Assembly: GCA_001599295.1 (NCBI GenBank) | Contig: BCGN01000003.1 | Span: 558,001-622,000, forward strand | Length of the DNA stretch: 64,000 nucleotides | Source of the DNA: Sporopachydermia quercuum | Lineage: Eukaryota | Direction of reading: 5' to 3' | Shown: positions 24,562-37,288 of the stretch, one piece after another | How positions within the stretch are numbered: position 1 is the stretch's first letter | Layout: each line of letters begins with the position of its first letter | Notes under the pieces: generated by a model | Seen by the model: only the letters and a program-made list of their open reading frames with translations | What the model was told of the DNA's origin: nothing | Databases searched by the model: none | Translations under genes and position numbers: made by a program

Positions 24562-26497
24562 TATTGCTAACGCCTCTGAGCAGGGCGAATATGGAGAACG
24601 CTCACTGATTAATCAATACAAATGATGAACTCTAGATAAAATGATTCNATCAAGTATTCAGAACTCCACAACTAATTCTTCCTTTTCAGTACTAGCAAAA
24701 GCACATCCAAATAACCACAACTATAGTCTCTTCCAACGTGTATCTGGGACCTATTGCCGGCATGCAGTCTTTATCATATATATACTCCACACACACTAGA
24801 TTATGTTCACTGAACTAACATCCATTCAGCTAAACTGCTTGCTTATGCATTACGACGAGTCTGGTTACCAACTAGTATCCTTATTAGTTTATGTATATCG
24901 ACTCATTTCCTTGATAACTGGAAGGCCACTCAACATCAAAAATAATCTTACGTCTCAACCCTTCGATTAGAATGCAAATCACTTGATTGTGTGGAGATGA
25001 GATGTGGATGAGGACTAGAAGACTGAAGAGGACCACTTTACAGACACATACATGGGTTTTCGGACGAGTGAACGATAAGNGAGAAAATAAAGGATTACAT
25101 AAACATACGAACACTCTCGTGAGAAATTAAAGTTATGATCTTGAAAGCATGGAAATAAAATATGATAAAGTCTATTTCAAATCTAAGTCAATCAAATGAG
25201 CATGTAACAACTTTACAATCAGAGAGCTTCTGTTGATAGCTTAATATCAATTAAAATAGAGATTTATGATATGATAAAAATGGAATCTTTTCATTGTATG
25301 AGTTTTGATTGTCTTATGGTTAATTTTTTGATGTAGAGATACAGCTTCATGTCAAGTAGTTATTTTCAATTCAATATGGTATCTCCACTATTGATCTCAA
25401 ATGCAATATCCTATCACATCACTGGATTTGTCTTGATCAATTAAATTGGCTGCTACTTAATATAATGGCAAAGTACTTCCGTGCTACCAACACACATTTC
25501 TTCATAATATGTCAGAATTACGTCTTGTAACAATAGTTGATGGAAAACCTAGCAAGTGCTAATATATTCTCCCCTAATAATTAGAATGATNGCACATATC
25601 AATCGAATACAATTCAATTCACAGCTGAACATTCAACAACATTCTTATGAAAGACTAAACCGTTTGATTCAATCGTCTGATTTTCTTTTCAAGCGACCGA
25701 ACTATCAGAAAAATATAGATAATTGTCTCTGTGGATGAACAATTTCCTTACAAATTGTTGAATTAGTCTTTGACAAGTATGCGTAATTATGCAGGAAATT
25801 TTATGTTGCATAAAGCATTAACACCCCATATGAAGACAATGCATCATTTTTTGACAAACATGCTGCTCATATAATATAAGACGATTAAAAGTGTAAAACT
25901 AGAATGTTCAGTAAAATATTTACTTTTACAAATGTTAACCTGAAGGCAATGAATCACATAATAACAACTACTTCTATATTCCCTCCCATAACACTTCCCA
26001 GATCTTATCTCATGTGCAACTTACATCAGGCGACATGAAACCGCTGGCAATAAACCAAACCTTATTCTCAACACAATTGCATGAAATCTCCTATCAAGGA
26101 AAATATCCAGTGCCAATAGAAGTCTTTAAGCAGTAAATCAGTAACAATGCCATAGAAATGAGATCAAAATTGACTTTTCATAGATACAATAATAAACATA
26201 GTGTACGCCGGAAGAGTTTTAGAAAATTTTTGTAGTTGATTGATGTATATCAATAGTAGTTGGAATAGCTTGCATGTTTTTTTAGTCTGAGCTCAAAACT
26301 GGAAACACCGGCAGAAATATCGTTAAGTGAAGTACTTATTGTTGTGAAAGAAAGAGCGACATACAAGGTGATAAACATCAGTGAATAGGATAGAAAATTA
26401 ACAGAAAGCGAGATTTAGCCATATAAAGACCATCAAAAGCCCAAGTTACGTTTTGAGCTTGGAAACAGCTAATTGAACGGAAGGTCTAATAATTGGC

Positions 26498-27601
26498 ATG
26501 CAGGGACAAGAAAGGATATGGCAAGAGTCAGATATAGACTATCACATAAAGATTGTGGTAGTAGGAGATGGAGGATGCGGTAAAACTTGTCTTCTTGTTT
26601 CTTATAGTAAAGGAGAGTTTCCAGAGGAATATATTCCCACAGTATTCGAAAATTATGTAACTATAGTGGAAAATAAGAAAAGTGGGAGTATTATAGAATT
26701 GGCCTTATGGGATACAGCAGGACAGGAAGAATATGATAGATTGAGACCACTAAGCTATCCCGACGTGAATGTTTTATTACCGTGCTTCTCTGTTGACAGT
26801 AGAGCCTCATTGGAAAACATTGCTGATAAATGGATGCCCGAATTACAACATTTCTGTCCTGGTGTGCCAATAATATTGATAGGATTGAAATCAGATCTAA
26901 GACAAACTATGCCAAATAGAGAATGTGTTGATATAGAGGAAGGTTTAGCAATGGCCAAAAGGATAGATGCAGTTTCCTATATAGAGTGTTCTGCAAAATA
27001 TATGGATGGTGTCAATGAAGTTTTTAACGAGGCTATTAACATTGGTATAACAGAGATTGATGAAAGCTATGAGCCAGATAGTATGATATATCCAAGTGCG
27101 AAGGCGGAAGAATCTGCCAAAGCTCGAAAAGTATCAGGTGTACTGCGAACGAGCATGGGAAATGGTTTAAATAAGATAATCAACCTTAAGATAAGGAAAC
27201 GAGGCGAAAAGGTCAAAAACAATCCTTATGGTGATAATTCTGGATTTTCAGAAAGGCGTGATGTCAATTCATTCTCTACAGTGAGACGAAGTTCAAATTA
27301 TAGAGTACTCAATCGGGATGATCCTGATACAAGTATGCAATCATCGGTTGGAATCTCTGAGTCGAAGGGTGAAAATTATACAGTTTTCAGACAGGGACAA
27401 GAGAATAGAAGGAAAACTGGTAATTATTATTATGACTCTGAGAAGTTTCAGAAGGCGAGAAATGCTTCAAAAATGAATATTGAGTTGCTTGACCCCGTTG
27501 AAGACTCACCTGTCACGCAAGTTGATAATGTTGTTACTTCAAGTAAGAGTGAGCCCAAGAAATCCAAAAGGAAATCATACAAGAAATGCATAATCCTGTG
27601 A
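26498..27601 (+). CDS. RHO4: Rho-family GTPase Rho4
   Basis: [35 protein letters not shown], CaaX CIIL; adjacent to TRM2. Confidence 0.88.
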   Translation: MQGQERIWQESDIDYHIKIVVVGDGGCGKTCLLVSYSKGEFPEEYIPTVFENYVTIVENKKSGSIIELALWDTAGQEEYDRLRPLSYPDVNVLLPCFSVDSRASLENIADKWMPELQHFCPGVPIILIGLKSDLRQTMPNRECVDIEEGLAMAKRIDAVSYIECSAKYMDGVNEVFNEAINIGITEIDESYEPDSMIYPSAKAEESAKARKVSGVLRTSMGNGLNKIINLKIRKRGEKVKNNPYGDNSGFSERRDVNSFSTVRRSSNYRVLNRDDPDTSMQSSVGISESKGENYTVFRQGQENRRKTGNYYYDSEKFQKARNASKMNIELLDPVEDSPVTQVDNVVTSSKSEPKKSKRKSYKKCIIL

Positions 27602-28760
27602 AAACTTCATAATCCAATTCGCATGTGCATTATTTATCCTGTTTCACAATTCATCGGCGCCAAGCAAAATGTCAAATCAAATACCTTTCGGCAACTGTGT
27701 ATTAAATAGATCAATGTATTATTATTTTCATTATTATCGGCCTTATTATAAACTGACTTTTCACAACTAATTTAACTGCCGGGTTCAAAGCTACACTTAA
27801 GATCTATCATTGTGTGCTTCTGCTGATACATCAGGATCTGTCTACCTTTATATGCACATTCTCAGCACTAAATATAACATAATGGTTTCCACTATAGTGA
27901 CACGGCACCTAATAATAGATTACTGACTATCGAACAATAATGATGATAAAAGTATCATTTTTTGAATCAAATCTACCATGCCTAGGGTTGAGTTCATTAT
28001 CCTGACTGAAAGTATGGTTGGAGTGCACACTCTCTCTATTCATTGTTCCACCGTTAGAAGTATAATATATTTCCTGCCTCCCACAATTCCATTTGCCTGC
28101 CTCTATTTCTCAAGTATGGACAGTTTCTATATCTTATTGATCTGATATTCCCTTCTCTTTTATCTTATGCTTTTTTCTTATCATGCTTAGGTCATTGTGC
28201 TCACCTTGAGGATATCCGGTTTCAGTTTCTCCGGTTCCGTTCATTTGTGATCCGCTGGACAATTAGATGATCCGGATCCCTAAAGCTCGGCTCACATAAT
28301 TCGTTCAATCAATCTCACTCTCTTAATAATGAATAACGAAATATCATTAAATATTTATTCTAGTCTGTTTTACTATTATAGTTATCGTAACATCTCATAT
28401 GTATTCATTATCACTTTTCTATATAGTTAAATTCAATCTTTTTACATATTGCAATTCAAATCATTGCTTTCTCCATCCAATCGTTTACCATAAAACTTTG
28501 CTTATCTAATTTTCTTTTACCACTAAAATTTTTTATTACTATGAGAAAGTAGTAGGCGACCGCTCTATGGGCAGATTTTAATGAGACAAAATATAAATGT
28601 TGTATAGATTGATTTTATATATAATATATAATAATAAAAAGTAGTGGAGCTCCATTTAACCTACTTTTTTACTATAGGATTGTATTGCTTAGTGAAGTTT
28701 CTGGGATAATTGTCATGGTGAGAGGGTAGAATTATCAGGTGAACAGTTTGATGTAAATTG

Positions 28761-30767
28761 ATGTATAGGTTGACAGGTAGAGGCAATAGTTTAGTTTCGA
28801 GAGGTCTAAGTAGAGTATTTATGAGAATGGCTTCAGAACAAATATTGAAACGAAAGGGTAGCAATGGCTACGTTGCAGTTGCTAGACCTCAGAAGAAGAA
28901 AGCATTCCGACGAAGGAAGTATAGTGAGAAACCGTTTGAGAGTACTGGTCATTATGGAGTGCTGTTGAAGGATATTGAAGACTATTTACATTCAATCAAC
29001 GAAGGGAAAGAAGATGATGAAAAGATAAAATGGGATGATATCACCAATGATGTTGAATCAGTATTAAATAGAGATCTTGATGTTGAAAAGTTTCATGGAG
29101 TTGTTGAGAATGTTAGAATTGATAGAGTCAATGGTAATGGTGATGGTATGGCAATTATTTTTCGTAAAGCAGAGGTCTTCGAAAGATCCGAAGAATCTCG
29201 CTGTTTTCAACCAGAATATGAAGCTAAAGTATTAGAAAAGTTCGATGGATCAAAACCAATATTAGTAGTGGTCCCATGTGCAGTTGAAGGTGATATTGTG
29301 GATATCAAATTATTAAGCACTTACACAAAGCATATCACAGCGAAGATCATAAGATTAGTGAAACCATCAGCACATTATAGGCAGTATGCTGTTCCTGGTT
29401 TGAAAGTAGATAATACTAAATTTGAAGATGCTCCTAGGCAGTTGTGTCAATATTTTGGCCAATGTGGTGGATGTCAATTTCAAATGATGAGTTATGAGCA
29501 TCAATTAGCTCTTAAACGTCAGACAATTGTCAATGCTTATAAGTACTTCGCCAATCTAAACAATGACTTTTTCACATTGTTAAGAGAAAAAATACTTTCA
29601 ACTATTGGATCACCAAAAATTTATGAATATAGAACAAAGTTGACTCCACATTTTGACGTACAGAGAAGATATCAAATCAAAGGATCCACTGGTGATGACA
29701 AGAACTCTTTACCAGAGGCACCACCTGTTGGTTTCATGAAGAAAGATTCCGGTCAGGTAATGGATATAGAAGATTGCATCATTGGAACTGCTGTATTACG
29801 AAGACAAAATACGATTGAACGTGAAAAAGTTAAGAAAAACTTTAGATCGTATAAGCGAGGTGCGACCATTCTTTTACGAGAAGATACAAAATTAGCAACT
29901 GATGAATTTGAAGTTCAAAAAGAAGATAATATAATAGAGGAAGAAATTCATGGTGCTAAATTCAACAAAAGATGTGTCACAGATCAAAAACAATTGGTTT
30001 CTGAATTTATTAATGGCTATAGATTTACTTTCCCTGCTGGAGCTTTCTTTCAAAACAACAACTCCATTCTACCTCTTGTCAGTCAATATGTTAGCGATAA
30101 CTTGGTGCCTGTGGATGGTATTGCTGTTGCTAGAAGTTTAAGAAATATTGATAATTCTTTGAGGAATAAAATAATCAGCGGCGATTACAATTTGAGCGTT
30201 CCTACCTATGTAATTGATACATACTGTGGCTCTGGTTTCTTTGGCATTATGAGTAGTTCTAAGGTATACAGGACGATTGGTATTGAAATTAGTATTGATT
30301 CTGTTAGATTTGCAGAAGGAAACGCTCGTCAAAATAACGTAACCAATGTGAAATATCAAGTCGGTGAATCAGAGAAGATTTTTGACAATATCAAGAAGTT
30401 CGATCTACTTGATCAAGAAGTCATACAGCCTGATGATGAAAGCAAAACTTTCAAATTTGATCTATCCAAGTTTGACAAACAAACAGAATCTCAAGAAGAA
30501 TATATTGATAACAATTTCACTACAGTCATTATTGATCCACCTAGAAAAGGATGCGATGAACAATTTTTGAAACAGCTTTCTGATTTTCAGGCCAAGCGTA
30601 TTGTCTATATCTCTTGCAACGTTAACTCTCAAGCAAGGGATCTAGGCTTTTTCTTCAACGAGCTCAAAAATATCGATCATTATTCAATTGAATCTGTCCG
30701 TGGATTTGACTTTTTCCCCCAGACGTATCACGTTGAAAGTGTTTTGGTTCTTAATAGATTGGAATAA
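28761..30767 (+). CDS. TRM2: tRNA (uracil-54) C5-methyltransferase Trm2
   Basis: TRAM-like region, CxxxxxCGGC, YRTKLTPHF, AFFQNN, DTYCGSG, DPPRKG, YISCN and DFFPQTYHVE; Arg-rich presequence-like N-terminus. Confidence 0.95.
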   Translation: MYRLTGRGNSLVSRGLSRVFMRMASEQILKRKGSNGYVAVARPQKKKAFRRRKYSEKPFESTGHYGVLLKDIEDYLHSINEGKEDDEKIKWDDITNDVESVLNRDLDVEKFHGVVENVRIDRVNGNGDGMAIIFRKAEVFERSEESRCFQPEYEAKVLEKFDGSKPILVVVPCAVEGDIVDIKLLSTYTKHITAKIIRLVKPSAHYRQYAVPGLKVDNTKFEDAPRQLCQYFGQCGGCQFQMMSYEHQLALKRQTIVNAYKYFANLNNDFFTLLREKILSTIGSPKIYEYRTKLTPHFDVQRRYQIKGSTGDDKNSLPEAPPVGFMKKDSGQVMDIEDCIIGTAVLRRQNTIEREKVKKNFRSYKRGATILLREDTKLATDEFEVQKEDNIIEEEIHGAKFNKRCVTDQKQLVSEFINGYRFTFPAGAFFQNNNSILPLVSQYVSDNLVPVDGIAVARSLRNIDNSLRNKIISGDYNLSVPTYVIDTYCGSGFFGIMSSSKVYRTIGIEISIDSVRFAEGNARQNNVTNVKYQVGESEKIFDNIKKFDLLDQEVIQPDDESKTFKFDLSKFDKQTESQEEYIDNNFTTVIIDPPRKGCDEQFLKQLSDFQAKRIVYISCNVNSQARDLGFFFNELKNIDHYSIESVRGFDFFPQTYHVESVLVLNRLE

Positions 30768-32013
30768 AGTAGAACCGTCGACATCTTTCTACTCAAGGAC
30801 AGAAGGGGAATTATCGTTTGGCGAAGCTCCTATGCTCTTCCCTTTATTTTTACTGTACCATATTGCATCATGTTTTAATTTATATTAGACTTAAAAATAA
30901 GATCAATCTACTTATTTACTGCATAATTTTTGTTCCTCTTCTGAATCTTTGCCTCATATCGTTTTTTTTTGCTTTCTGGTAATCTGTAGTTCTGTACCAA
31001 CAGTCTGTGTTATCGTATGAACAATAACCAAGGGATATATATACCTGCCTTATTGTCAGGCAAAAGATAAATTATGGATGCTTATCAGTTTATTTCAATT
31101 CATAAGCTGTTCAAAACGCAGTGAATTTAGATATAGCTATACATGGCACATCGCATAGAAGAACTACTTTCAGTTCATAAACCTAGAGATTTGATCCTGA
31201 ACTCGTTAGAAATTCCAGGAATTCCGAAAGAGATAAACATCTCCTAGTATTTGTGCGGAAAATAGGATATAGAATTTAACCTTTCATGAGATATTGCATT
31301 TCACCACCAACCTCAACGCTACTTTCTTATGAATTACATAACCAATAGAATAATCTTGGTTAAGCAAGCCACTCTCACCTTGTGTATCTGATGATAAACC
31401 ACTCTAACTCTTTTTTAATTCTTTGGGCACCAATTTATCAAGCATTTATCTGGATATTTTCCTGATAATCTATCTGCTCGTCGGAATCATACTGTTCCAT
31501 TCCAAAACACTTTGTTAAACCTCGCAATATATTCCTCCAAAGTTTCTATACATACACAGTGCAAGAANACAGTATGTATTCTCAATCCTAAATTGAGATC
31601 TAACTTTAATATCTACTATGATATCTTTAGTAACTTCGTCTTCTTAAACAAATAATGCCTAGCGTCTTCTTTTTTCTATTGGAAAAGAATATTTTAGTTA
31701 CACATTGGTCATCAAGTGAGCTTCGTCAAGCTCTTGATATTGATTTCTGATTAATCTTTTCTTCAAATATTGGTACAATAGCTACAATACAATACAAACC
31801 CCATGTTCATTTGACGTATCAACTTTGAATAGGTTCTTCTATATTTCCTCTCAACATACTGCATATATGAAAATCAACCATGAACTCTCTCCGCTGTAGA
31901 TTCTGGACAAAGTCAAGCCTTCTCATTACCATCTCATTATACTTTCTCATCTTATATTTATATCTGCTCAACAATTTTTAGACTTCGCTCTTTATCTCTG
32001 TCCCTCGTGCTCT

Positions 32014-32021
32014 CTCATCGC
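32014..32021 (-). promoter_or_regulatory. PAC element GCGATGAG with no adjacent ORF
   Basis: CTCATCGC on the + strand; RRPE-like AAATTTCTCA about 45 nt further along. Confidence 0.45.
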
Positions 32022-33665
32022 GCTGAGGTTTTCTTCTGACTTCATAGTTTAACGATTTTCTACAAATTTCTCATTTCATGTCACCTCGGTTCAATTTTAT
32101 TCTCTTTTCCAAACAGAGTCCTTTTCCTATTGAAGCATATGATGATATGACAATCGCCCTTTAATAGGACAAAGCGGTAGGATTACATAGATAGCTATAT
32201 ATGCAAGATAAATATAAATATATGATTACCAGCAAGCAATAAAGAGAGTTTCGGCACTCAAATTAATTGAGTTATAATAGTAATTCACCTCCATATCATG
32301 ATGATCTTGGGTGATCTACTATCTCTCAATACCAACTTAAAATAAATGATTACGTAACGTTAAAAGTAAAACATAAATGAGCATTCATCAGAATACCATC
32401 AAAATATCATTAAAAGAAAGACCCTCTCTATTGAAAAACTATACTCTAGATACAACGATATGTAATGGAAAAATAACTGATACTTAGTTATATGTTTATT
32501 CGCGTTATGCTTATCGTCAGCTTGTTGTTACGGTGTAGATACCATTGTCAACCCCTTTTTCATTTCCTTTAATATTTTGTTTGCAACAGATGCTAGATGG
32601 AGGGACTTGGCTTTAAGGTTTAATTCTTAGAAATTAAGTTATGTTAGGAGAAACCTTAACCACAGGGCTACTTAAAAGCTTTCAACGATCTTAATTTTCC
32701 AATCCGTTGAAATTGTTTCTTTACTTTATGCACGATTCCTTTGCTTATACTTACTAAATATAGAATGATTTTAAATACCTCATATTAATAGTTTTATTTC
32801 GTTCTCTCTTCTTTTTGTTGAGATTTTTTGCGGAGCCTGTTCATGTTGTTCAAAGTTTGCTCCAGCTTAAGGTTTCTACTAAATAATGTATGAGTTTCTG
32901 ACTTTATTTCAGAATCTTTTAACTCAAACTAAGACTCGGTTGTTTCTTTTGGGTTTTCGCTTCATGCAGAAAAAATAAAGAAAAGTAATTTAATTTTATC
33001 ATAGCCACAACCAAACCCATAAATTACGAGACATTCCTGTTTTGTCCTATGAGTAAGTCGCGCCGCGTCCTAATGAGAATCGACCAGAGATCTTCCTGTG
33101 CTTATCGTAGAAAAAAATCAATAGTACGATAGTTTGAGTGTTTTCCAGGATACAAAACAGAAGTAGTGTGATATTAGCAACTACATAGACCTACAGAAAA
33201 CTATGCATTCTGTTCTTTTGTCGTGGTGAAGATATGATAAGAAAATAAGAACGGTACTTGCCTTGTTACTGAAAATTAGATTCCTCTAGCTTTTAACTTC
33301 AACGTACTTTGCCTCTGAAGTGTGCTAGGTGATTGATTAGTTGTTGTGTGTATCAAGTATCAATACTTTCTTTTTTAGTGAACTTCAAGTTTATTTCCAT
33401 TGAGCGAGCTAACAACAACGGCGTACAACGTTAGGAGAAGTACTTGTAACGTGTGGAGTTTATCTTCATTTTGGCACATGTATTTTGAAAGGTCCAAATT
33501 GAAGTATAAGAGATACAGGCCTAGCATTTACTTGTATATTCTGAATGTACTCTAGATGAATTCTTGTTCCCAAGAAAGATCGACTTATTAGCACTTGACC
33601 AAGGATACAAGGATAAAAGGACACAAGGACAACCTTTGATTATCAGTCTACTAACTTCATTCAAG

Positions 33666-35327
33666 ATGACTTCGGCTATATCGTCGTCGTCTGGACAATA
33701 CACAATGAGACCTCAGTCTCGAAGGATCAATCCTGAAATAATAGACGAACGTACGCTTACAGAAAAAGCAATGGAGGATGACATATCTGATGTAGGCAAT
33801 GAAGCAAGTGATCATTATAAATCTCAAATGTCTCCTCTTTGCTTCAAGCTACGAGAAATGTTGTTACCTGAGGTCAGAAAGGAAACTCATTATGTACATA
33901 TAATTCAAAAGAAATCACGGTCTCATATTCTGGATCAATATTTTGCTTGGACAGCCAACCTTGGATCACACACTTTCTATGTTATCATGTTACCATTTCC
34001 CAGATTCTTTGGTAATACTGAAGCCTCAAGAGACTTCGTGTTTGTTCTTGGTATGGGAATAGTCTTATCTGGTTGCCTGAAGGATGCTCTATGCTTACCA
34101 AGACCATTGTCACCGCCATTAACAAGAATCACTATGTCCGGCTACACGGCGAAAGAGTATGGTTTTCCTTCCAGTCATTCGGGCAATGCTGTTGCTGCTA
34201 GTATGGTGTTCCTTTCTTACATTTTTCTTTACTCTGACAGTATGTCAACTATAACGTTTGGTCTCTACTTATTACTGGCCTTTGTTTACCTATTCACAAT
34301 TCTGTTTGGTAGAATATACTGTGGTATGCATGGTTTTCTTGATGTCATTGGGGGTGGATTGATTGGAGTGTTTGTCACGATAGTCAGATGGGTCTTTGGT
34401 CACGCTTACGACAGATATCTGTTTTCTGGATCATATACTGTTCCATTCATTGTAACAGCTGTTGGAATGTTGATAATCGGTAGTCAGCCGGAGCCAGCGG
34501 ATCCTTGTCCTTGTTTTGAAGATTCTGTTTCGTTTATGGGAGTCATGATTGGATTAGATATATCTGATTGGTTGAGCGTCAAATTTTTAACTCCTAAATA
34601 TTTTGTATCAACTCCATATCCTGCATCTGTCCCCTTTGACTACGCAAAAAATGGTATAATAGGTTCACTTTTTAGAGTTGTGATAGGTGTTGGATTAGTT
34701 TCTATGTGGAAAGAATTCTCTAAACCTTTTTTAATTAAAANTTTACGGAGACTTGTTGATTTTTTACGCGAATACCTAAATATTGATTTTGGCTCTGCCT
34801 TTATTGGAACGAAGGGATTTCACAGGAATACAGAGCCTAATCAGGAAAGCAACCTAGAAGCACCGAAAACTAGAGCTCGATCTAGGTCTTTAATAGAAAG
34901 GGTTCAAGAGATACCCCTCGCTGTGGATGAATTGATCGCTTCTTCTATGGCCAAGACAGATGTTGGACCTTCAACTGAATCAGATATAAGGGAAGTTCTA
35001 GCTTATAGAGAATACCAGGAGAAACGGATACAGCAACAATCAAATTCTACCAAGAATGGCAGCAACCTGACTGTTGAAGAGGACAGAGCAAAAGATTTCC
35101 CTAAAACGATTCCACAGCTTGATCAACTCAATGCAAGGTTCTCGTCTGCCGCTGAAGAGAAAGAATATTTACATAACATCATAAAGACAAATGATCATAG
35201 CCCCAAAGGTAAGAAAATGGTTCAATTTGATGTTGAAGTTACCGCCAGATTGATAGTATATGCAGGAATTGCATTCATGTGCTGTGTGCTTTGTCCTATC
35301 ATATATTCATTCCTCGGACTTGTATAG
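33666..35327 (+). CDS. LCB3: Sphingoid-base-1-phosphate phosphatase (Lcb3/Ysr3, PAP2 family)
   Basis: First ATG 33666; KDALCLPRP, EYGFPSSH and GRIYCGMHGFLD catalytic motifs; PCPCFEDSV. Confidence 0.92.
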   Translation: MTSAISSSSGQYTMRPQSRRINPEIIDERTLTEKAMEDDISDVGNEASDHYKSQMSPLCFKLREMLLPEVRKETHYVHIIQKKSRSHILDQYFAWTANLGSHTFYVIMLPFPRFFGNTEASRDFVFVLGMGIVLSGCLKDALCLPRPLSPPLTRITMSGYTAKEYGFPSSHSGNAVAASMVFLSYIFLYSDSMSTITFGLYLLLAFVYLFTILFGRIYCGMHGFLDVIGGGLIGVFVTIVRWVFGHAYDRYLFSGSYTVPFIVTAVGMLIIGSQPEPADPCPCFEDSVSFMGVMIGLDISDWLSVKFLTPKYFVSTPYPASVPFDYAKNGIIGSLFRVVIGVGLVSMWKEFSKPFLIKXLRRLVDFLREYLNIDFGSAFIGTKGFHRNTEPNQESNLEAPKTRARSRSLIERVQEIPLAVDELIASSMAKTDVGPSTESDIREVLAYREYQEKRIQQQSNSTKNGSNLTVEEDRAKDFPKTIPQLDQLNARFSSAAEEKEYLHNIIKTNDHSPKGKKMVQFDVEVTARLIVYAGIAFMCCVLCPIIYSFLGLV

Positions 35328-35566
35328 AAATCTAATTTCAATATTACAACGATCATATCAAGATATAAATATGAATGCTTAATATCACCGTCATCGTCTA
35401 CTTCAAATAACCAGCTTTCTACGAATTGACCGGATGTCACAAAATTTCAACAATTACTTCAGCTATTTCAGTTAATAAGAACTTCTAGTCAAACTCCTCT
35501 CCACCATTTATCCTAGTTGACTCATTGGTTTAACTCATTGATTTATTGATCTATCAAGCAACTATC

Positions 35567-36481
35567 CTACTTCACATTTTCAATTGTCCAAGAAACCTCA
35601 GTTATTGAAACCTCAGTGCCTGCTTTATCATCATAATCAAACCATTCACCTTCACTCAAATCAACCTCATCGAATCGTGTAGCCGGAGAACTTTCGGTAC
35701 CAACGCAGGTGAAATATCCTTCGGGTATAAATTCAATGAATTCTAATCCACGACAATCGATTGCTAATATTTGGCTTTTCTTTTCTTCTAGGTTTTCTTT
35801 TGTTCTTGTTATCGCTTATGATGTGTTAGGAACATGTTCTCATTCTCCTTCCTTCATATTCTCGTCTAGACATATTAAAGGAATAGGCAGGAGTAATCTA
35901 AGATATTATAGATATCATATAGTTATACGTACTTGCTGAGGATTCCCGTTTACACATTTTGCATTTGAAAACAAAAGATGCTTCGCCTCGACTTCCACTT
36001 AATGCCTAATTATTGTTAGACTAAACCTTACGAAGTGTCTGATGATTTAAGATTTTTAATACCAACATACATGACTTTCCTATTGATTTGTTAGTTTTCT
36101 AGGGTTACTCCAATTTCCAATTATGATTATATTCATATTATCGCCCTGTAGTATCAACTTTTACATACAAATCGATTCACCGTGATTGGTTTCTCATGAA
36201 CAGTTCGACACGAGGTACATCTATTTTCCGAATATTAGTCATCACTGTATCAAAAATAATTGGAACATATGATTCAGATCGAACAACTGTGGAAACTGTT
36301 TATTCAAATAGGAAGATCTTTTACACTTCAGTTAAGCTTTCAGTTGCATTTCACTCCCTTCTTATCGATTTCTCTTCACTTACTCCACTTTGAATGTATA
36401 ATCAAAGGCACTTTCTTCCGTATCAATAGGTTCCAAGCCGGTGACATTCTCAAGTTGGGCATCGACAAATAATCCCAACAT
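35567..36481 (-). CDS. DUF866 / CXXC zinc-binding protein (YCR090C/CZIB-like), 5 exons, 159 aa
   Basis: Exons 36481-36384, 36220-36169, 36079-36071, 36005-35933, 35814-35567 (480 nt). Protein MLGLFVDAQLENVT..FKVECTSCR..ESH..GSRGEASFVFKCKMCKRE..DCRGLEF..EWFDYDDKAG. Confidence 0.93.
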
Positions 36482-37288
36482 TTTAGATTATTTCTATTTT
36501 CTTTATATCGATAATAATTACAGTTCTTTCTAATGTTTGTCGTATCAGTCTATTTATGTACTAGAATCAAGATATCAATCAATGGAATATTGCGAAAAAG
36601 TAATTTCCAATATTGGGCTAGTTTTTACATTATATTCACAACACCTCAAGTTGTCGAGTATTCAATTAGCTTGTGGTTTCGCCGGCTAATTATGTGTCTG
36701 AGNACCAAATAGTGAAAAGAAATATACAACTGAAGTACGAATAAGGCCATTGCTGATATTCAAATTCAAAGTCTTACAAATAATTCACATCTTTCCGAGA
36801 ATCAGTTAACCCAGATCAAATTGCAACCGGGCATCATTTTGAACCATATTCGGGTCAAACTATACCTATGGTGTAGACAAATTTGAAACGAAAAATTTTC
36901 TTTCCCGTTGGAATTGAGTTAATAATTATTAAGTCTTATTGTATACCGTATATTAACGTTTCATAATTTTGAAGCAATAATATGTAACTAAATCAGTAGT
37001 CTATTCCATTTGGAAGGATCCCTCCCACATAGTACTTACCCAATCCCCGGAAATATCAGTCAAATCCTGTACCATTTTGTCTCATATCAGGTAATTCTAT
37101 CTAGGAATCGAAGATCCGCATGATGATATCTCATAATCGATGAACAATCAATCTATGTGAAATCAATCAACAGATTGATATTTCATTTCTAGTATTATTT
37201 ACTATACGCTAGGCTTTATTGGGTCAAATTGTTATATTTTACGTATACAACAGGCAAATGACTATGGCGTGAACAATCTCAAAGAAGA

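Noticed and set aside
27940..28009. ATGATGA...CTGA spaced like a C/D snoRNA
   Set aside because: No terminal stem, no rRNA-complementary guide that I could identify, and no host intron.
31389..31465. Plus-strand TGATGA...CTGA candidate snoRNA
   Set aside because: At most an 8-nt match to rRNA and a non-purine before the C box.
36280..36298. CAGTTTCCAC resembling U14 domain A in DUF866 intron 1
   Set aside because: Lacks the CATTCG part, domain B and a proper C box.
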